A stretch of DNA of 64,000 bases, from NCBI GenBank assembly GCA_027858235.1, contig JAQIDC010000055.1, positions 29,826-93,825 of the forward strand, in the 5' to 3' direction. Position numbers and translations under genes: made by a program. This stretch comes from Patescibacteria group bacterium (GTDB lineage Bacteria > Patescibacteriota > Patescibacteriia > Patescibacteriales > BM507). Positions 59,294 to 64,000 of the stretch are shown piece after piece. Within the stretch, counting starts at the first letter, position 1; every line of letters begins with the position of its first letter. The notes beneath the pieces are model-generated. The model was not told the DNA's origin, did no database searches, and saw only the letters and a list, made by a program, of their open reading frames with translations.

Positions 59294-59320
59294 TGTTACA
59301 TGTTATGCGTTACATGCTAT
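59294..59320. repeat. Tandem GTTACAYGYTATG-type units (2 copies) 3' of the stop at 59343
   Basis: TGTTACATGTTATG CGTTACATGCTAT. Same motif and same placement as 57691..57736. Confidence 0.7.
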
Positions 59321-59342
59321 ATAATTTTGCTTGTCTGGCTAT

Positions 59343-60437
59343 TTAGTAAGTAGGTGTTGCGATATATGTAAGGACTGTTTCATAGTCACCCGCTTCCTGT
59401 AATGCAGATATTTCAGTTGTATATGCTACATAGGTCATCCCTTTGTCGATAGTTGACCCATCAGCAGAAGCATCATGGTACATTACCTCAACTGCATTAG
59501 CTGAACCGTATCCATCAAAACCGACATATAGTCCACTATCAAATGTTGCCCCGAAAGTATCTCCTGCTGCCAGGGATAAATCATCTGATGTTAATCCCAT
59601 GTGACCATATGTATTAAATTCATCAATAGTCCCCGCTGGCGAAACCCATGCTTGAGGAGTGGTTGTACCAGTACCGTCTAGAGCATCCCTAAAACTATTG
59701 ATTGTTGAATCACCATCTGATCTTAACTCATCATCTTGATAAACAACTACCGAGTAACCATCATCAGCATTTGTAACAACTTTTAACTCTTGGCAAAGAG
59801 TACTTGACGCAGTCGTACTTAAGGTTCCGAAATCTAGTAGAGTAGATGAAGCAGAAGTATCAATCCCGCAAGTAACACCATTTACTACAGCTGCTGTAGA
59901 CGTTCCTGAAATTGTGAAATTAAGAGTAGATGTAACTCTAGCTGTCATCAAGACATTATCTACAATCGCTGTCATGACATCAATTTGGTCATATACAGTA
60001 CCAGCTCCATCGGATGATTTAATCGTTGTTGTATACATATCAGCGACTGGGTTTGTAACATCAGCAATCGTTAACACATTTACTGTTCCTGTGGCGATAG
60101 TCGTGGTAGCGGCCACAATACATGTAGTTACATTCGATGCAACTTCTGCAAGAGCATCAAAACCAGTAGGACATGTAACATCTCCTGGTACATAACCATC
60201 AAACAAAGCATCCATTGTAATCTCCACTTCGTCACCAGTTACTAATTCAGTGGCTATATTTGTAAATGTGAATTCATGATCTGAAAGTGCTCCTGGGTCA
60301 GAATCTGTCAATGTTTCCTTTGCATCAACCAAGGCATTGACCGCATTAGCGTATGGTATCGCCGGATAGGCTCCATACATTGTCATCATCGATAGCATCA
60401 CTATCCCGATGACTATTTTTTTTCTAAGTTTTTTCAT
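59343..60437 (-). CDS. Secreted subunit-like protein, paralog of 57742..58782; ends ...QEAGDYETVLTYIATPTY
   Basis: 364 aa. MKKLRKKIVIGIVMLSMMTMYGAYPAIPYANA is the signal peptide. Both domains align with 57742..58782. Confidence 0.6.
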   Translation of the reverse strand: MKKLRKKIVIGIVMLSMMTMYGAYPAIPYANAVNALVDAKETLTDSDPGALSDHEFTFTNIATELVTGDEVEITMDALFDGYVPGDVTCPTGFDALAEVASNVTTCIVAATTTIATGTVNVLTIADVTNPVADMYTTTIKSSDGAGTVYDQIDVMTAIVDNVLMTARVTSTLNFTISGTSTAAVVNGVTCGIDTSASSTLLDFGTLSTTASSTLCQELKVVTNADDGYSVVVYQDDELRSDGDSTINSFRDALDGTGTTTPQAWVSPAGTIDEFNTYGHMGLTSDDLSLAAGDTFGATFDSGLYVGFDGYGSANAVEVMYHDASADGSTIDKGMTYVAYTTEISALQEAGDYETVLTYIATPTY

Positions 60438-60955
60438 ATTTTTGTTTTAGTTTTTATTTTTTATATATAAGGATTTAAATCTAATGTTAAGGTGCTATGT
60501 TATTAGCACTTCATGTTTGAATTCGACCTTTTTATTTGAAAGCAAATATAAAAAAATGCTTTCTGTGTTAAACAAAAAGCATTTTTTTATATAAAATATC
60601 AATATTTTATACGATTTGTGTGTTTCTAGAGGAATTCTAGATTTTTTTGCTTTTTGTTTTTATTTTGAGTCTTGCTACTTCTAGCAATATTTTTTTGATT
60701 GATTTGATTGTCAACGATCTGTGTCTTTTTTTAACTTATATTACCATTATACACTATATACTAGTTTTAGTCAATATCAGGAAGTTTATGACTTTGATAA
60801 ACTGCTAATATTAAATGATATTATTATAAATCATGATTTTAACTTTTTTTTAACAAATAGTTATCAACAAGTTATTTTAGCTCTATTTTAATATATATTT
60901 TATTTCTAAAATTATGTTTTATAACATGTTTTATTATTTTTGTATATAAAATGAA

Positions 60956-61076
60956 AACCATAAGCACTAAATTCTAAACAAATACAAAAATCAAAACCAT
61001 AAACAATTTACACCATATTTTTTTTGAATTTAATCTTTTGATATTGTTTAGGGCTTAGACATTAGAGTTTAGAATT
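60956..61076. repeat. Long AT-rich intergenic palindrome (family copy)
   Basis: Left arm AACCATAAGCACTAAATTCTAAACAAA..., right arm ...TGTTTAGGGCTTAGACATTAGAGTTTAGAATTTTT. It ends 7 nt from the stop at 61083. Confidence 0.7.
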
Positions 61077-61082
61077 TTTCAC

Positions 61083-64000
61083 TTAGTAAAATGCTGGCAC
61101 AAGTATATAGACTATACTAGTTTCATAGTCTCCTGCTGCCTGATTTTCTGTAATATTAGTTCTATAAACCATGTCTACTTCTTCATTTGTAACTGGAATA
61201 TGACTGTACGAGACTTCTTCCATGCTTATACTTAATTGAGCGTAGGTATTATTTGGTGAAAATCTAGATGGAGATACCCCTGAAAGAGTGTCATCTCCAG
61301 TGTGGTAACCAAAAGCGCTAGGATCAGGCAAAAGGGGCCAAGATGCTGGAGCTGAATTTATAGCAGAAACAGGCTCAATTAAATCTCCACTGTTGCTTAT
61401 TAAATCTTGAGTATAATAAACAAATAGCTGGTATCCAGTGCCTGCATTTGTGCTAATATTAAACCTTTGTACACCAATTGAGTCAGCCCCAGGTGCCAGG
61501 GTTCCGAAAGGGATACTAGACGGGGTTGTACTAATATTGGCTGTAATTCCCTCTGTGGAGCCACCAGACGAAAAGCCGGTCACTGAATAGTCTATACTTC
61601 CTACTGTTGTTATTAAACTAGGGTATGTGTTAAGACTTCCTTTTGCAATTGCCTCTAGAGCATTATTATCATAGGCACGAAAATAATAGGTAACAAAGTT
61701 TGTAGCACCATTATTTCTAATTGTAAATTCCCATTCACCTATATCACCAGCTGGCAAATCATAAGTCGTAGTTGAAATACCTGATTCATTATGCGTTCCG
61801 CCTATTATAACCCCAGGAATTGTGGTTGTGCTAATTACGTCATTGTCTTCATCTACACCATCCCCATAAGTCCAAGCACTAATAGAGCCGATTTCACCAA
61901 CAAAATTAACATCTGACGAAAAATCAGAAAAAGTTGAATATTCCAGACGCACTTTTACATTATCACCAGTAATCCCTTCAATTTCTCTTATGGCTAATCT
62001 TAGCTTAATAGTTCCACCATCAGTAATGTCATTCGGACTAGTATTAAGACTAGCGGCACTAGTAGTTGGTGTTTCATTTTGTTCATCATGGTACCATTGC
62101 CAATCTTCAGTTTGAGCTTGATATTTTATTATCACTGTTACTTCAGTGTTTGACACTGCTTTGTTCCCAAAAGAATCATAGGCCCAAATTCTAAAAACAT
62201 ATTGATGATTAGTTAGGAGTCCGGTAATTGTTGTAGTTGTGGCTCCATTGTAATTTATAAATGCTAAATTTGAATCTGAAGTGCTTGCCCAAAGATTATC
62301 TGATTCTGTGACCCCAGAACTACCCTCTTTATAATAAATACGATAATCACTAAAATTAGTATCAAAAGTGGTAGTAGAAAGGCCCAAAGTGATACTATTG
62401 CTTGTTTTAGCAACTTCAAATAGATTTCCTGGAATGGTTGGATCAATATTATCTATAGTTAGAGTCGTTGTCGCTGGCAACACTTGCTCTTCAAAACTAT
62501 CAAAGGTTGTTAGTTGCAAGCAATAGTCTCCATCAGCCAGTGGAATATCCAGGTTTGTTGTCCAGTCAAAATTTACTGTATTAGCTCCTGCAGCAGTAAC
62601 AATCATTCCCGAAGATGTTCCTACTTGATAGGGGTAATTGTTATCTATTGCTGGTTGCCCAAAGTCAGCTATAATATTTATTAAATTTTCATCAAGCGTT
62701 GGGTCAAGTGGACTTGCAAAATTACAATCAAGACCGGAAACATATTCTATTTTCGCTTGATTTAAATCCCCACCAGCATCTTCAACATCAATAGATATGT
62801 CTACTATCCCAGTCCCATCTGTTTTTTGGACGGCCGAATTAAACCAAGCATTCGTTGGTGGAGCTAGGGTTAATTCAGGATATCTGTTGTAAATTTCAAC
62901 TGGTGTTCCTTCATTGGTTAGTCTGAAACAATAAACATTCCCAGCGCTAGAATAGATAGACGGTTGAAAAGCGTACTCCATTTCAGTATAATCTCCTGCA
63001 GCTAAATCTATGAGGCTTGAAGTACTGCCAGGATTTTCAACCATACTACCAGAAACAAAGCTATAAGCCTCTTCGTTTAGAAGTTGTTCAGTTGTTGGAG
63101 ATTGATCAATAAAATAAACACTATCAACCATTTCAAGATGTTCAAAACTGGCCGTATCTGGAATATCTATCCAAGTAGAAATGTTAGAACAAGTTGTTTC
63201 TTTTATCCCATACTCTAGTTCAAAACTATAAGCACTCATATCCACATCTCCTGTGTTGGCCATGGAAAGTCTTAATCTAATCGGCTCCTCTCGCCCAATA
63301 GGGACTGCAACCGTAGGGTCATTTACATCTTCATTTTCCCTCCAAGTAGCTGAGAGAATAATCGTTGTTGTTGTTGAAACTTCTGTGATTGCTTGTGATT
63401 TGTTGCCATAAGAATCATAGACCCAAATATTAAAAACATAATCACTATTTTGAGACAAGTTTACTATTGAGGTTGATGCAGTTCCATTATAATCAATAAA
63501 ACCTAGGTCAAGATCATTATATTGATTAAACTCTAAATCATTTTCAGTTACACCACTAACTGCTTTTTTATAAAATATTTTATACTCTGAAAAATTTGAA
63601 TCTGCACTAGCCGATCCAAAGTTCAAAACAACACTAAAGCCTGTTACACTCTCAACCCCTAAATTTCCTGGGGCTGTAGGGTTTGCATTATCAATATATA
63701 CTGTACTTGTTGCCGAAACCGCCTGATCATCAATACCATCATTAACCGTTAATTGCATACAGTAAACTCCGTCGGCACCTGGTAGTTGCGCCTGGGTTGG
63801 CCAATCGAAGTTGATAGTATTTGAACCACTTGATGTAATAATCCCCGTGCTTGTTCCAATTTGATAAATATTGTCATTTTCTATTCCAACAGTTCCATAA
63901 TCAGAGCTGATGTTTGTTTGCGTTTCATCTAGAGTTGGATCAAGAGGAACACCGAAATCACAAGTTGCTCCTAAAACATAGTCAAGCCTAGCAGTTGCTA
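61083..64000 (-). CDS. Second giant surface protein, C-terminal 970+ aa (5' end beyond the right edge of the window)
   Basis: The track ORF starts at an internal Met (63758), but the frame stays open to 64000. Upstream codons read ...NTINFDWPTQAQLPGADGVYC-MQLTVNDG, the middle of a module also found in the first giant protein. Contains 2 FN3 domains (NIWVYDSYGNKS, RIWAYDSFGNKA), 2 jelly-roll-like modules, and the C-terminal subunit domain ending AAGDYETSIVYILVPAFY. Confidence 0.85.
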   Translation of the reverse strand, partial: ATARLDYVLGATCDFGVPLDPTLDETQTNISSDYGTVGIENDNIYQIGTSTGIITSSGSNTINFDWPTQAQLPGADGVYCMQLTVNDGIDDQAVSATSTVYIDNANPTAPGNLGVESVTGFSVVLNFGSASADSNFSEYKIFYKKAVSGVTENDLEFNQYNDLDLGFIDYNGTASTSIVNLSQNSDYVFNIWVYDSYGNKSQAITEVSTTTTIILSATWRENEDVNDPTVAVPIGREEPIRLRLSMANTGDVDMSAYSFELEYGIKETTCSNISTWIDIPDTASFEHLEMVDSVYFIDQSPTTEQLLNEEAYSFVSGSMVENPGSTSSLIDLAAGDYTEMEYAFQPSIYSSAGNVYCFRLTNEGTPVEIYNRYPELTLAPPTNAWFNSAVQKTDGTGIVDISIDVEDAGGDLNQAKIEYVSGLDCNFASPLDPTLDENLINIIADFGQPAIDNNYPYQVGTSSGMIVTAAGANTVNFDWTTNLDIPLADGDYCLQLTTFDSFEEQVLPATTTLTIDNIDPTIPGNLFEVAKTSNSITLGLSTTTFDTNFSDYRIYYKEGSSGVTESDNLWASTSDSNLAFINYNGATTTTITGLLTNHQYVFRIWAYDSFGNKAVSNTEVTVIIKYQAQTEDWQWYHDEQNETPTTSAASLNTSPNDITDGGTIKLRLAIREIEGITGDNVKVRLEYSTFSDFSSDVNFVGEIGSISAWTYGDGVDEDNDVISTTTIPGVIIGGTHNESGISTTTYDLPAGDIGEWEFTIRNNGATNFVTYYFRAYDNNALEAIAKGSLNTYPSLITTVGSIDYSVTGFSSGGSTEGITANISTTPSSIPFGTLAPGADSIGVQRFNISTNAGTGYQLFVYYTQDLISNSGDLIEPVSAINSAPASWPLLPDPSAFGYHTGDDTLSGVSPSRFSPNNTYAQLSISMEEVSYSHIPVTNEEVDMVYRTNITENQAAGDYETSIVYILVPAFY

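Noticed and set aside
6301-61076. Interpreting the AT-rich palindromes as MITEs or mobile elements
   Set aside because: There are no terminal inverted repeats with target-site duplications and no transposase. Their strict placement right after stop codons favours a transcript-level role, so they are reported as a repeat family instead.
1-64000. Alternative genetic code (UGA recoding as in Gracilibacteria/Absconditabacteria)
   Set aside because: TGA functions as a stop in tight ATGA overlaps (34387..34390, 45801..45804), and all long genes are intact under the standard code.
1-64000. tRNA, rRNA, CRISPR arrays, transposases, integrases, prophage genes
   Set aside because: No T-loop (GGTTCGAATCC-like) or acceptor patterns, no regularly spaced direct repeats, and no recognisable recombinase or phage motifs were seen in any frame.

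Overview
This is a 64-kb, low-GC (about one-third GC by eye), very gene-dense window. Every supported gene except two (2044..2550 and 48055..48327) is on the minus strand. The genetic code is standard, since TGA is used as a stop inside ATGA start/stop overlaps. I found no rRNA, tRNA, CRISPR, transposase, integrase or phage genes. The left edge holds housekeeping genes: argS (partial, open at position 1) and a DUF389-type membrane protein. The rest is one long cell-envelope island with five parts. (1) Locus A (3.4-30 kb) contains a roughly 4670-aa giant surface protein (15845..29872) followed by an FN3 protein. Next come a MacB/FtsX-type ABC pair whose ATPase has an unusual C-terminal extension, and a small anchored protein. 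A free-standing copy of the giant protein's C-terminal module follows, then a DUF916-like anchored protein, a dockerin-ending protein and two cohesin-like membrane-anchored proteins. (2) A secretin-less type IV pilus-like operon lies at 30134..37630, directly preceded by two CheY-like receivers. (3) A signalling block (38.5-47.9 kb) holds two large histidine kinases, a PAS-only protein, an OmpR-type regulator and a methyltransferase/N-acyl-amino-acid-synthase-like fusion. (4) A histone-H1-like basic protein is encoded on the plus strand. (5) Locus B (48.5-64 kb) repeats the locus A logic with paralogs. It has a second giant protein (61083..>64000, open at the right edge) and two roughly 350-aa subunit-like proteins sharing its C-terminal domain. 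These are followed by three DUF916-like proteins, an FGE/SUMF1-fold protein, a dockerin protein, hsp20 and a cohesin-like protein. The non-coding DNA is structured: there is a family of long AT-rich intergenic palindromes placed right after stop codons, and a 95-bp GC-rich palindrome with a degenerate second copy. Extended -10 boxes (TGnTATAAT) recur, and short motifs are conserved in the UTRs of diverged paralogs. The gene content suggests a monoderm, possibly a Patescibacteria/CPR-like organism, but this is inference only. All functional calls rest on motifs read by eye from the translations. No database search was run.
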